A DNA stretch of 64,000 nucleotides. Origin: Octopus sinensis. Taxonomy: Eukaryota. Of this stretch, positions 1 to 12,269 are shown piece after piece. The notes below the pieces were generated by a model. It did not search any database and was not told the DNA's origin. It saw only the letters and a list, made by a program, of their open reading frames with translations. The translations under genes and the position numbers were made by a program. How positions within the stretch are numbered: position 1 is the stretch's first letter; each line of letters opens with the position of its first letter. Location of the stretch: the NCBI RefSeq assembly GCF_006345805.1, contig NC_042999.1, positions 60,946,001 through 61,010,000 of the forward strand, read 5' to 3'.

Positions 1-180
1 ATAACATTTCTGTTATGATTTCTGAAGGAATTCACTTCACTCATGTTGTTGCACAATGAACAGGGCTTGCCTCTCTTACAGTTGTTCTTTAAGAACTTGC
101 TGAAAATTTCGCTTTTGTTTTTATGTTTTCGTTTCTCATTGTGTTCAGTTTTTTTTACGTCCTGTACTCATATATGCATG

Positions 181-224
<44 letters not shown>

Positions 225-340
225 GTAGGTCTTGTACATATATGTATGAATATATGCATATATTTATATATTATTTATATTATTATATGATCAAACGCCA
301 CGCATTCTTTTCCAAGTAAGTGTATATATATATATAATAT

Positions 341-398
<58 letters not shown>

Positions 399-402
<4 letters not shown>

Positions 403-1560
403 CATTCCATATATAATGTTTTTTATACTTCTTTTATTTTTCAAAATTAAGATAAACAAAATTCTCTTTTATCCTAAAATATACTCACTTTCATATTCTA
501 CAATGTTCTTCCATTTATCTGGTAGAATTGCAAGCACCGTCTTCCAAATTCCACTTGTCCGTGGCGAAAAATACTCCTCTAGTACTGAACCCACCTCGTC
601 TACAGAATTCATATTTTTTTCTATCCAAATGACTTTGAAGACAGCGGAATAATTTATAATCAGATAGGAAAAAGTCCGGCGAAAATGGTGTGTGGGGCAT
701 CGTTTCCCATTCAAACTGCCCCAGCCTTTGGAATGTTATCCTCATAGTGTATGGCCAAGCATTATCCTGATGGAAGAACACTTTTCGTCTTGAAACCAAA
801 GATGGTCGTGTTTCGTCTAGCGCTGACGTAAACTTCTCAAGCTGCTTGCAGTACATCTCCTTTGTTATCATTTGGTTTGGGTTTCAAGGTTCAATGTTCA
901 AAGAGCACGCTTTTTATATCCCATCAAACAGATAACAACACCTTACGTGGATGAAGACCTTATTTAGCCTGGGGTGCCCGTGTTTCTCCTTCCCCTACCC
1001 ATTGTCTGTGGTCAGTACTTAAGATTTATATAGACAACTGATTTTTTATCTCCAATCACTATTCGGTCCGAAAAATCTTCATTCGTGAGACATGACAGCA
1101 AAGACGAGCACACATTCACTTTCTACACGCGATTAGACTCGGAAAGTTTGTGAGGAACCCATTGACCCAAATTGCTGACTTTCCCAATAGCACACAGTTA
1201 TGGATGAATGGTTGAATGACCAAATCCAAGCTTCTCTGCTAGTTCAACAGTTACGATGGGATTTTCTTCCACCAGGGTTTGCAGGACGTCCTCGTCGAGC
1301 TCCACAGATCTTCCAGGACAAGGATCGTCTTCTAGGTTGTAGCTTCCAGCTCGGAATTTCTGGAACTGCTTATACTGATTGTCCCATCCCCATATACTAC
1401 ATTAATATTCCTCGCACTTTCCGTCGCCTCGTACCCTTTATTGACCTCGTAAATCAAAGTATGCCAAATATGCTCCTTTGTCAGTTCCATTGTAGCTTTG
1501 AAGAAATAGCTGTGAAAATCGAAGTAGATGTGCTACACACTGAATCACTTAAACAAGGAG
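399..1560 (-). mobile_element. Mariner DNA transposon relic (frameshifted transposase ~1490->469), one TIR retained
   Basis: Minus-strand peptides MELTKEHI..., VIGDKK (TGDEKW-like), FFHQDNAWPY, HTPFSPDFFLSDY (YSPDLAPSDY-like); TIR GGGTCATTCCATATATAATG next to TA at 397-398; same family as 15190-16155. Confidence 0.9.
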
Positions 1561-2362
1561 AGATATATAAATAAATGCAATACATGTGTACCTCTTAACC
1601 TTGAAAAGTTAAACTAAACGTTCGATGGAATTGTCCTTTCCCAGAAATGTAAGTTTATAAGTATTTTTCCTGCGCGTGTTCTTTCTAAAAGAAATTCTAA
1701 ACTAAATATCAGCCTAAATGTTGCTATACCTCTTATCTTTTTAACTCATTCTCCATATTTATTTTTACCCATTTCTCTTTCTTTGTAATTCGACATAGTT
1801 TCCGCTTAGTGGTTTTTGTTTTGTATTTGGTTAGATTTAACCTTCTTTCCATGTACATTTATCTCTAACAGTAGCCTTATAACAATACGTTTGGAGTATG
1901 CTCATAATATTTATTCTAAGTTTTCCAATGACAAAAGTTAACATGTCTGCTGAGATGGTGTCGCTGTTTGTTTCATCGTTATCACGAAGGCAGTGGTCCG
2001 TGTCCGTTGCTGGTTTATTTATTATTCTCAGAATGAATTTTGATATATTTTTGAAATTCGACTGTTTTAGAATTTGTAAATTATTGTTGTGTATCACAGT
2101 AGCTTATGACACGCGCACATTATACAAATTGTAGTTGACTTGTTGTAGACTTAACTGACCACTAATGGAAGTTCCATAACCAATCAGAACAATTCTCTCA
2201 TCATGCTGATTTTGACCATAAGTGAAGATTTAGTCACCTAAACTACAAATGCAGGTCATTATTTATGCATATGTGCATCACTTATACATGCGGACATATA
2301 TACACGAATACGACGTGCACGCACAACGGGTAGTTTCACAGATTCGACAGCCATATTTTATT

Positions 2363-2595
2363 CTCTTTTACTTTTTTACTCTTTTATTTGTTTCAGTCAT
2401 TTGACTGCGACCATGCTGGAGCAACACCCTTAGTCGAACAAATCGACCCCAGGACTTATTCTTTGTAAGCTTAGTATTTATGTATTTATTCTATCGGTTT
2501 TGTTTTGCTGAACCGCTAAGCTACGGGGACGTAAACACACCAGCATCGGATGTCAAGCGATGTTGGGGGGACAAACAGACACGCATACACACACA

Positions 2596-2685
<90 letters not shown>

Positions 2686-2850
2686 GTATACACGACGGGT
2701 TTCTTTCAGTTTCCGTGTACCAAATCCACTCACAAGGATTTGGTCAGTCCGAGGCTATAGTAGAAGACACTTGCCCAAGGTGCCACGCAGTGGGAATAAA
2801 CCCGAAAAAATGTGGTTGGTAAGCAAGTTACTTACCACACAGCCACTCCT
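2363..2850 (-). mobile_element. tRNA-derived SINE family 1 (CORE-like segment, internal microsatellite)
   Basis: Head AGGAGTGGCTGTGTGGTAAG, B-box-like GGGTTTATTCCC, TGGCACCTTGGGCAAGTGTCTT, internal (TA)/(CA) tract, 3' module CCAGCATGGTCGCAGTCAAATGACTGAAAC, A-rich tail; 8 copies in window. Confidence 0.9.
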
Positions 2851-3075
2851 AGACATGAGGGTACATTGAAAGATATCTGGCCAGAGTATTTCCATAATAG
2901 GATTAAAGCAACCCAGCATGCTTACATAGTGTGAATCTTAGGCACCCCACTATGCTCATTTTGTTTAAATTTATCAATGTTTTAACCAAATATAGGATAT
3001 ATTCATATGAAAGTTGTGTATATTACATTATCAAATATATAATCTATATTATCGTGAGTATATCATTGAAGTTCC

Positions 3076-3231
3076 GAAGTGGCTGTGTATTAAGTTGCTT
3101 GCTTACCAACCACATGGTTCCGGGTTCAGTCCCACTTCGTGGCCTATTGGGCAAGTGTCTTCTGCTATATCCTCGGGCCGACCAAAGCCTTGTGAATGGA
3201 TGTTAGATGTAAACTGAAAGAAGCTCACTGT

Positions 3232-3278
<47 letters not shown>

Positions 3279-3510
3279 CGTGTGTGTGTGTGTGTGTGTG
3301 TATTTGTCTGTGTTTGTCCCTCCAACATCTCTTGACAACCGATGCTGGTGTGTTTACGTCCTCGTAACCTAGCGGTTCGGGAAAAGAGTCCGATAGAATA
3401 TGTACTAAGCTAACAAAGAATGAGTCCTGGGGTCGATTTGCTCGACTAAATGCGGTGCTCCAGCGTGGCCACAGTCAAATATCTGAAACAACTAAAAGAG
3501 AAAATGAGTA
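3076..3510 (+). mobile_element. SINE family 1 copy
   Basis: GTGGCTGTGT...GGTTCCGGGTTCAGTCCC...GGGCAAGTGTCTT...(TA)n(TG)n...GCGGTGCTCCAGCGTGGCCACAGTCAAAT. Confidence 0.9.
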
Positions 3511-4974
3511 ACTGTGTCACGATGGAAAAATCGCGACGCGATCATTTTCAGGATCTCCAAATATGATTAGAGAAAAAGAGAAAATTGTTCGCTATCCTGG
3601 TCGTAATATTTTGTAAGAGATTCGACTCTACCAGAAGAACTCATATGAAATACTTACCACTGCTGATGAATATGTGAGTGACGAAAAATTTATTATAAAA
3701 TAAATATTAATATTTTGAAAAACCACCTGCTGTGGTCAGAGTTGAAAGAAATAACATAATTCTATTTTTTCATCAATATTGCATGACTAGAGTATATGAT
3801 GAAGAAAAGAAAATCAATATAAATCAGATATATAAAGAAATATATCTAAATTCTTTCCTTCAATCTATGTTGTCTGAATTGAACTTTTCACATAAGTTTA
3901 TATTTCGACATTTATTTAATCAGTAGTATATATTTTCGTCCAAAATCTGAAACTAAAATCTAATCGATATGTCTCTAGAAAGCCATTTATGAAAAGGAGC
4001 ATGATTATTTCCGTCTTGGAAAAAAAAAAGGATATAGAGGCATCGTATTTCTGTTCGATGATTTGATACAGGAAAATAAAAAGGTTAATATATTTTGATG
4101 TTTGCAAGAGTGCATTCATGGGGTTGTTGCCGAACTGATGCACTTTCCTAGCTTGTGTTCGAGATATATAGAGAAAGAAAGCGAAGAGAGAAAAGAAAAA
4201 AAATACACTACTAGAATTCTTATTGTTCTCCTTTGTGTGATAAACATAAATCAGAATAAATGTAATCTAGATTTGACTGGCAAAGCTATACATGCTTTCA
4301 AACTGTGACATTACCATAGAGAAGAAGCTATCATGAATTATTTAGTGAGCACAGAACTTTATTTCGTGTAATGGACACATAGGACTGAGATAGAAGATAA
4401 AATAGTCTTTGATAATCGTTTTTAGCGATGTTACTAACTTTAATCAGATTTTACACACTTCCTAGCTCTTCGGTCGTATAACGATATACATAATATCAAT
4501 TTTCAATTGATGTACCGCTAATGTTTCTATTGATGTACCGACAACGTTAATTCATTTCGTATGTAGAGTGAAGTCGAAGACAGAGAACATTAAAGTAAAT
4601 ATATTTCCTTCGTTCAAAATAATAGATTCCACTTCATATTTACATCCATTTAGTTATTGAGTAGCTCGCTTATTTGATACGTGATGTGATTTATGAGTTG
4701 TGTTTAGATTCTGTTCTTACTATGAAATATTGCAAGTGTGGTTAAATATTAAGAAGAACATTAATTTCACCGAAACGTGGATGCCGGTTAGAAAATAAAG
4801 TAATAGGCCTCTTCACCCGATAAACAGTAGAGATAATTTCATTTTAACCTTCGGTATAGCAGTCTACCTGAGCACTAATTAACATTTTAACCAAGAAACT
4901 GAGAGGTAACAAATTTTAAACCAAAATGTTTTCATTTAATAATTTAAAGGATATTTGAAAAGTGAAAGGAAATC

Positions 4975-5117
4975 ACAGGTGTGGGTGTGTGGTAAGAGTT
5001 TTGCTTCCGAACCACATGGTTCGTAGCTCAGTCCCATTACGTGGTACCTTGGACAAGGTTCTCATAATATAATAAGGCCGACCCAAAGCTTCATAGACAG
5101 AAGTTGAAAGAAGCCCA
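4975..5117 (+). mobile_element. SINE family 1, 5' half only
   Basis: CAGGTGTGGGTGTGTGGTAAG...CCACATGGTTC...GTGGTACCTTGGACAAG...TGAAAGAAGCCC. Confidence 0.75.
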
Positions 5118-5183
5118 GTGCCTATCTATATGTGTTTGTGTACATATATATATATATACATATATAAACATATACCTATATAT

Positions 5184-5241
5184 GATTTTGATTTTGATTT
5201 TTCCAGTTTCAGCTAATGAGCTGTGGCCATGCTGGGGCACC

Positions 5242-5245
<4 letters not shown>
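5184..5245 (-). mobile_element. Stand-alone two-hairpin 3' tail module
   Basis: Minus: TGGCGGTGCCCCAGCATGGCCACAGCTCATTAGCTGAAAC followed by (AAAATC)n. Confidence 0.7.
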
Positions 5246-5297
<52 letters not shown>

Positions 5298-5360
5298 TAT
5301 ATGTTTATATATGTATACACACACATATTCTAACTATATATCTACCTATATATATATATA

Positions 5361-5771
5361 CTCTTTCACTCTTTCACTTGTTTCAGTCATTTGACTGCGG
5401 CCATGCTGGAGCACCGCCTTTAATCGAGCAACTCGACACCGGGACTTATTCTTTTTGTAAGCCCAGTACTTATTCTATCGGTCTCTTTTGTCAAACCGCT
5501 AAGTAACGGGGACATAAACACACCAGCATCGGTTGTCAAGCAATGCTAGGGGGACAAACACAGACGTACAAACACACACACACGCATATATATATATACA
5601 CATATATACGACGGGTTTCTTTCAGTTTCCGTCTACCAAATCCACTCACAAGGCTTTGGTCAGCCCGAGACTATAGTAGAAGACACTTGCCCAAGGTGCC
5701 ACGCAGTGGGACTGAACCCGGAACCATGTGGTTGGTAAACAAGCTACTTACCACACAGCCACTCCTGCGCC
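5361..5771 (-). mobile_element. SINE family 1, near full length, flanked by a ~66-bp direct duplication
   Basis: GGCGCAGGAGTGGCTGTGTGGTAAG head to GTGAAAGA tail; flanks 5284-5349 and 5772-5837 identical. Confidence 0.92.
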
Positions 5772-6451
5772 TATATATATATAGGTATATGTTTATATAT
5801 GTATACACACACATATTCTAACTATATATCTACCTATTTATATATATATATATATATAGTACGTTTAAATATTTGTTGTGCAAGATTTTTTATGTGACGT
5901 CGTGTGTTGAAACAGATATTGTTATATTTCGGAATGGTCATTTTGCCAGTTTAGCCAATAAAAACACACGCACTATATATTTGGTGTTACTTTGCTTCAG
6001 TGTTATTTATTTTTTACATTAATCTTAATCTTTTTTCGGCCAGAGTTCTTTCGTCACACTCCTGTGACCGCATCAGTGGTCCTTTGTTTTCTTCTGACTT
6101 ATTTGTGTCTCTCCTTACTAACCGGCAGCCATTTTGTATTTCTATTGTATGTCTTCATTTGCGCATGCTTATATCTCTATGTGCGTTTATGTTTATTTAG
6201 TGTGTGTGTGGGGGGGATGCCTGTAATATTTGTATCTTCTGTTTATATATGTTCATGTAATTTGTAATTTTATATGTTCATGTAATTTGTATTTTGTATT
6301 TTGCTTTTGTTTTTGTTGTTTTTGTTTATTCTTATTTTGTTCATGTGTTTACATCCACCCATTATTATCATTACATATGCCTGTATGTATGTATGTATGT
6401 ATAACAACAATACTAGTAATAATAATAATAAATTGAATCCAAAATATATAT

Positions 6452-6533
<82 letters not shown>

Positions 6534-6619
6534 CATATATACATACACATATATACATATATATATAGTTATTTATTTATTTATCTGTGTATTTATTATG
6601 TTTTCAGGATCCTCTATCG

Positions 6620-7225
6620 TCATATGTTGTGGTGTGTGTTAGTGCTCTATTCTAGTTTTCTATTCAGGCTAGGTTTATTTTCTATTATGTGTGTAGCTTC
6701 TGTAATTTGTCTAATTGTTGCATCTGATCTATGTGTGGATAATATTTTAATTTCTATGTTATTGATTGATCCCCGTGTTGTTGTTCGGCGTGTTGTTACA
6801 GAATCGATGAGCTTTTACCTTCCTTGAGTTGTCTCCAATGCTCATTTACCCGCTCTCCTATGCTTCTTGCCGTTTCCCCATCGTATGTCGTTGTCTTGTT
6901 ACTGCATCGTCCCTCTATACATCTTATACTATAGACTACATTTCTGGCTTTACAGTTTGTTTGTGGGCTAAATCTACATACAGTACAGTACCTATCTGTA
7001 CAGGGGGTTCTACTAAAAGGATAGGTTCTACCAATTATAGATTTGATAGGGTTGCCTGGCTTTTCAACCACCTTAATTCTTAGCTTAAGTTTGTCTAGGG
7101 TCCTTCTAAAGCGATACGCCAGTTCATCTCCAGGGGTGGTGTCAACGAACATGACACTCTGGTATTTTTGGCTATCATACCAAGAGTTGGCCTTCCCTAT
7201 TTCCTTTTTTGTCCTTTCTATAGTG
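6620..7225 (-). mobile_element. Penelope-like element, C-terminal linker + GIY-YIG endonuclease fragment
   Basis: ORF 6796-7257: ...CTDRYCTVC...CKARNVVYSIRCIEGRCSNKTTTYDGETARSIGERVNEH: Cys-rich linker plus VVY...YxGETxR...RxxEH; truncated at a TA tract. Confidence 0.85.
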
Positions 7226-7299
7226 TTCCATATATATATATACACCGGAGTAAGCACGATAAATGTCTAACAAGGTGGAAGAGAGAGTACTCAAATAAC

Positions 7300-7430
7300 A
7301 CTTTATTTAAAAGCAGCAGAAATATAACAAAAGCTGTTACTCAGAGTATCACGTTCCCGACGAACGGCAACTGGAACGTGAAACTCTGAGTTACAGCTTT
7401 TGTTATAATTTTGCTGCTTTTAAATAAAGT
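7300..7430. repeat. ~58-bp-arm inverted repeat (fold-back) overlapping a hammerhead-like core
   Basis: 7300-7357 ACTTTATTTAAAAGCAGCAG...CACGTTCC is the near-perfect reverse complement of 7373-7430; CCGACGA-ACG..CGT-GAAAC-TCTGA-GTT at 7357-7392. Confidence 0.85.
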
Positions 7431-7876
7431 ATATATATACAGGCGTACATAGGTTTACACATACATTTAACAGGTTCAACAGAGACGACTATGGAATATA
7501 TTTAAAACAACTTTAAAACATTTTGAAACTATAGTTGGTAAAAAAAAGAAGTGTCCTATTTTACTACGCTGCGTTTAGGTGACAGGCCATTTTTGAGCAG
7601 TTGGCATTTGTCTTATTCAAAACCCAACCACGCTCATGTTGCTAGAGAACACATGAAACGGAATGGTATTAATTAATTTTAGGACAGCTGGTATTATTCT
7701 TAAACAACACCTACGAGACACCTGCAGTGCACATGCTAATGAAATTATCAAACGGAAGCAACGCAGGTGAGAAACAAAATTTGAAGAAAACATGAACATC
7801 CTGGCTCTTAATAGTGGATAGTACACCACGGTAATACAATAGAAGGGGAATAATAATGTTACGCTTCATCAAATAG

Positions 7877-8124
7877 CTTTTACTCTTTACTCATTTTTAC
7901 ACTTTTACGTGTTCCAGTCATTTGACTGCGGCCATGTTGGAGCACTGCATTTAGTCCAACAAATCGACCCCAGAACTTATTCTTTGTGAGTCTAGTACTT
8001 GTTCTATCGGTCTCTTTTGCCGAACCGCTAAGTTAAGGGGACGTAAATACACCAGCATCGATTGTCAAGCGATGTTGGGGGGACAAACAAACACAGACAC
8101 ACAAACATACACACACACACACAT

Positions 8125-8159
<35 letters not shown>

Positions 8160-8294
8160 CATATATATGACGGGCTTCTTTCAGTTTCTGTCTACCAAAT
8201 CCACTCACAAGGATATAGCAGAAGACATTTGCCCAAGGTGGGACCGAACCAGGAACCATGTGGTTGGAAAGCAAGCTACTTACCAAACAGCTAC
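7877..8294 (-). mobile_element. SINE family 1 copy with small deletions
   Basis: Same head, core and tail as other copies; abuts a mariner N-terminal fragment. Confidence 0.88.
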
Positions 8295-8560
8295 GAATTT
8301 TATGCACATTTTCGGGGATAACACTCGTGGCAGTTCTTCCAGATATCTCATCGCCTTCCGGGGACATTCTTCTGCTTTTGAAGCACCCGCTCAACTAGAC
8401 ATATTGCGTATAATTCATTGCTTCAATACCATGAACTTGCTCAATGTCTCTACCGCAAACTAAGTTTAACGCAGAATTTCAGATTGACCCTTCTTTCCAA
8501 TTTCCTCTCCATGACAAAACTGCAGTCTACAGCATATCTGTAGCACTTTCAGATCTCAAT
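8295..8560 (-). mobile_element. Mariner transposase N-terminal fragment
   Basis: Minus: MERKLERRVNLKFCVKL... and GDEISGRTATSVIPENVHKI (DDxRSGRP-like). Confidence 0.7.
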
Positions 8561-8759
8561 ATGCAGCCATTGTATTTGTAAATAAATTATAATAGGGTTA
8601 ATAACATAATAAAAAAAAAAATACTGAAAGAGTGAAACAGCTGTAAGATATTATCCCAATTTCTATTCCCGTATGTTATATATTATAATAATTACTGATA
8701 TCTTTATATATTATATATGTAAAGCATAATATGTTATACAAGTATGTGTATTGTTATCT

Positions 8760-9310
8760 CCACTAATCAGAAAAAGGCATGACAGAGTCGCGGTCCAATC
8801 AAGATTATGCACATCGCTTTTTATATCCACGGTAGCGTGCATCGAGAATTCGTCCCCGAACGCCAGTTTGTCAATTGAAAATTCTACCGCAATATTTTGA
8901 ACCGTTTCAGGAAGGGAATTCAGTGAAAGCGACCACAAAGAATTGGATTCTTCGCGACGAGAATGCATCCTGTCACCGTGATCACCTCACTCGCGCGTTT
9001 CACACTAAAAACAACATTTTATCGCTTCGGCATCCACCCTTTTGGCTATCAAAGAGCATCTCTACCCCAAGATGAAAATGCAGACCAAAGGTCTTAGTTT
9101 TAACACCGTTGTAGAGATTGAGAACGAATTGCAGAAGGCCCTCGACTCGCTTACAGAAAACGATTTCCAGGTCGGATTCCAAATTTGACAAAAACGCTGG
9201 AACCAGTGCGCAAGCTGACTATTTCGAACGTGATTATGTTAAATATGATGTTAATAAATCATTTTTATTAAACATAACTAGTCCGGGAACGCTTTGATGC
9301 AACCTTGTAC
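8760..9310 (+). mobile_element. Mariner transposase C-terminal fragment plus right end
   Basis: Plus: HREFVPERQFVN...NWILRDENASCH...LRHPP (WxLxxDNAPxH...PHPP-like); ends GGAACGCTTTGATGCAACCTTGTA, TIR-like with TA. Confidence 0.8.
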
Positions 9311-10585
9311 AATGACATCCGAAAGAAAAATTGTCTTGAGATAAATACTGAGAAATTTCTTGTAACGGAATACATACATAAATATCAACACATGGAATAT
9401 TCCATCAGAACATTCCATCAAGTGCAAACATAGCAGACCATGCCTAGTTGTTTTACCCCTGGTCTCCAAGTGCTATTTTAAAGTAAGCAAGTTATTTAAG
9501 CTTTCGCCTTTGGGCTTGTTGAGCGAAGATTCCAGATATGTGACAGAAGATATCGATGCCATTACAGCGCTTGCTTCTTTTTGATGCTGTATCCATAACT
9601 AGATCACAATGGTTCATTTCACACGTAGAAGGAAGAGAAAGGGTGTTAAAGCAAAGCTCATCTTGAATATATTATTTAAATTTAGCATGACAATGCAACC
9701 AAAATGCCCGCAAGCATTGATATAAATCTAACGTTTGGTATAAACTTAACTTTTAGTATGATCCATGTTAATAAAGGATATAGAGATATCATCACAAAAA
9801 TATGACGTGATAGAGCAAATCTGAGGTCACTTTGTAATCAGTCCCGTAACATTAATCTAAAACGACTCTCAGATTTTATGCCAGAGAATAAAATATTTAT
9901 TTTGTTGACCAGTCTGAAATGTGCAAGGGATAATGTCGAAAATTAAATAAACAAGCAGCTAGCACGCACGCTAAAAGTACATTATGTGTGCAGAAGAGTG
10001 AAAATAAGGAAACTTTTCTCAAGTTCAAAATTTGTAGTTTCCTTATCGACATTCCAATGATGGACTGTGTATTTGTATTAGAAAGTAGTTCCTTCCTTAG
10101 AACAATTCTTCAAATAATTAAAAATCAGAATAGATTATACATACACAAATGTACACACATACATACATGCATACATACATACATACTTACATACATACAT
10201 GCAAGCATGCATGCGTGCATGCATGAATGCATTCATGCCTGCATACATACATATATACACTGGTTATGTACTAAAAAATTTGCATAGAAACTTAGAACTA
10301 GTCGGTTTTATGGAAAATGTGCAAAAGAAATTGAGGCGGCTTCTCCAAATCCGCTCTACTTAATGGCACAGTGGAAATTCCGAAAAGACATTCCGAAAAT
10401 TCTGCTTGAGTGATTCTTGTGTGAATAGACGCAGACACTTGGGTATATGCATTGACAGTTCAACCAAGAGACCAACTGAAACTACATACTTAGAAACACT
10501 GAGAGCTCTCTCATCTCAAAAAGTATTGTTGCTTTGTTAGCAACCGGCTTGAACTCTATCAAGAAGAAATTTAACTAAAGCCAAA

Positions 10586-10640
<55 letters not shown>

Positions 10641-12023
10641 CATAGAAACACAATTATATAAACATAGGAAGAGGTGGATAGTCATGTAGAGGAAGCAGAC
10701 TGATTATTATATCGCTAGCTGAAACATTCCTTTAAGCACATCTTCGAATCTTTTGATGCTCATCATTCGTGAAGGAAAAAAATTTTCACTGAAAAAGCTG
10801 CCACAGCGCTAATTTTCCAATTCGGTGAAGGTCACTGACGTGAATTAAAGAACAACTATTAGCAGGAAGTGAAAATAGCTATTTATTTAAAACCTTTCGG
10901 GGTCATAAAATTTATCATCAAGTATAAAAGAAGGGTACGTTCATTTTGAATAGAAATTTAATTTATCTGATATCATTGTCTATTAATATTAGTGATGAAG
11001 CATATATTGATATCATAAAATAATCACAGGAACAGCTGACAAGAAGTAGTGCTTCATCGTTGTACTCAAATAATTGAAGTATTTTAAGAGGAAGTCAGGG
11101 AAAATAGAGAGCTTATCTAATTCATACTCACTTTTCTAATACATTAGTGCCATTCGCTATAGGTTTATCTCTGTCATACATCAGATTGCATTAACACCGC
11201 TTCACCGATTTATTCCACGATGTTTCCTCTTTGTAATTAATTCATGTGACAGATAAGAAAAAAATATGATAATCATATGAAAAATAATTAAAAACAGAAA
11301 TAAAAAATAACATGAAATTAATTCGCCTCATATATTCTGTGACCGATACAGAGATCAATATTAAATATCTCAATCACCTAGTGAATCACTTAATATGTTG
11401 TCTGGACATTTTGTGTAGCATTGATTTTTAATATAGGCACATACCCTGAAAGTGTTTTTGTTAATACATACTAAAATATAGCTTCAGTCCAGAAATGATA
11501 AAATTCAACATTCAGGTTGGTGTGATTCGAATACTGAGTGTAAAGTGGTGTAAGTACATACCACAAAGAATTGAAAGGGACACACCAGATTCTACAAATT
11601 TACCGATACTTTATTCGGAGTTGAAAGAATTCTGCTATTTCACGTCCTGGCCATCTTATATATATTACTTATAACAAGTACAACGATATTAATTTGGAGG
11701 TAAAGGGTTAAACTATTGAACTGTCCCCAGAACTGACTGATCCTTTATATCACCAGTCACTGGAAGGTGGCTATGGAAGAAAACTTGGCCTCGAAAGCAT
11801 TCCAGTTCAGAACATCAACAAACGGGGCAATTACCGCAAGGTATTGTGTCCAGTGCTCTAACTGATAAAGCAATAGAGTATTTAGAGAAAGCTGGTTATG
11901 GTCGGTTCATAGGGTTACCCAAGGTTTCGCGTCCATAAAGTGCTTAGCTTTACATACGCCACGTCAGACCCTAAACGGGAGTCTGATATTCAAATCAGTT
12001 TGCTTTAGTACGGTATAAGATAA

Positions 12024-12255
12024 GGCGGCGAGCTGGCAGAATCGTTAAGCACGCCGGACGAAATGCGAAGCCGTATTTCGTCTGCCGTTTCGTTCTGAGC
12101 TCAAATTCTGCCGAGGTCGACTGTACCTTTCATCCTTTCGGGGTCGATTAAACAAGTACCAGTTACGCACTGGGGTCGATATAATCGACTTAATCCGTTT
12201 GTCTGTCCTTGTTTGTCCCCTCTGTGTTTAGCCCCTTGTGGGTAGTAAAGAAATA
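12024..12255 (+). mobile_element. SINE family 2 (tRNA head + Deu/Nin-like domain), well preserved, 14-bp TSD
   Basis: GGCGGCGAGCTGGCAGAATCG head; GAGGTCGACTGTACCTTTCATCCTTTCGGGGTCGAT...AAGTACCAG domain; GGTATAAGATAAGG at 12012-12025 and 12256-12269. Confidence 0.88.
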
Positions 12256-12269
12256 GGTATAAGATAAGG

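Noticed and set aside
1200-1574. 124-aa plus-strand ORF
   Set aside because: Antisense shadow of the mariner transposase relic.
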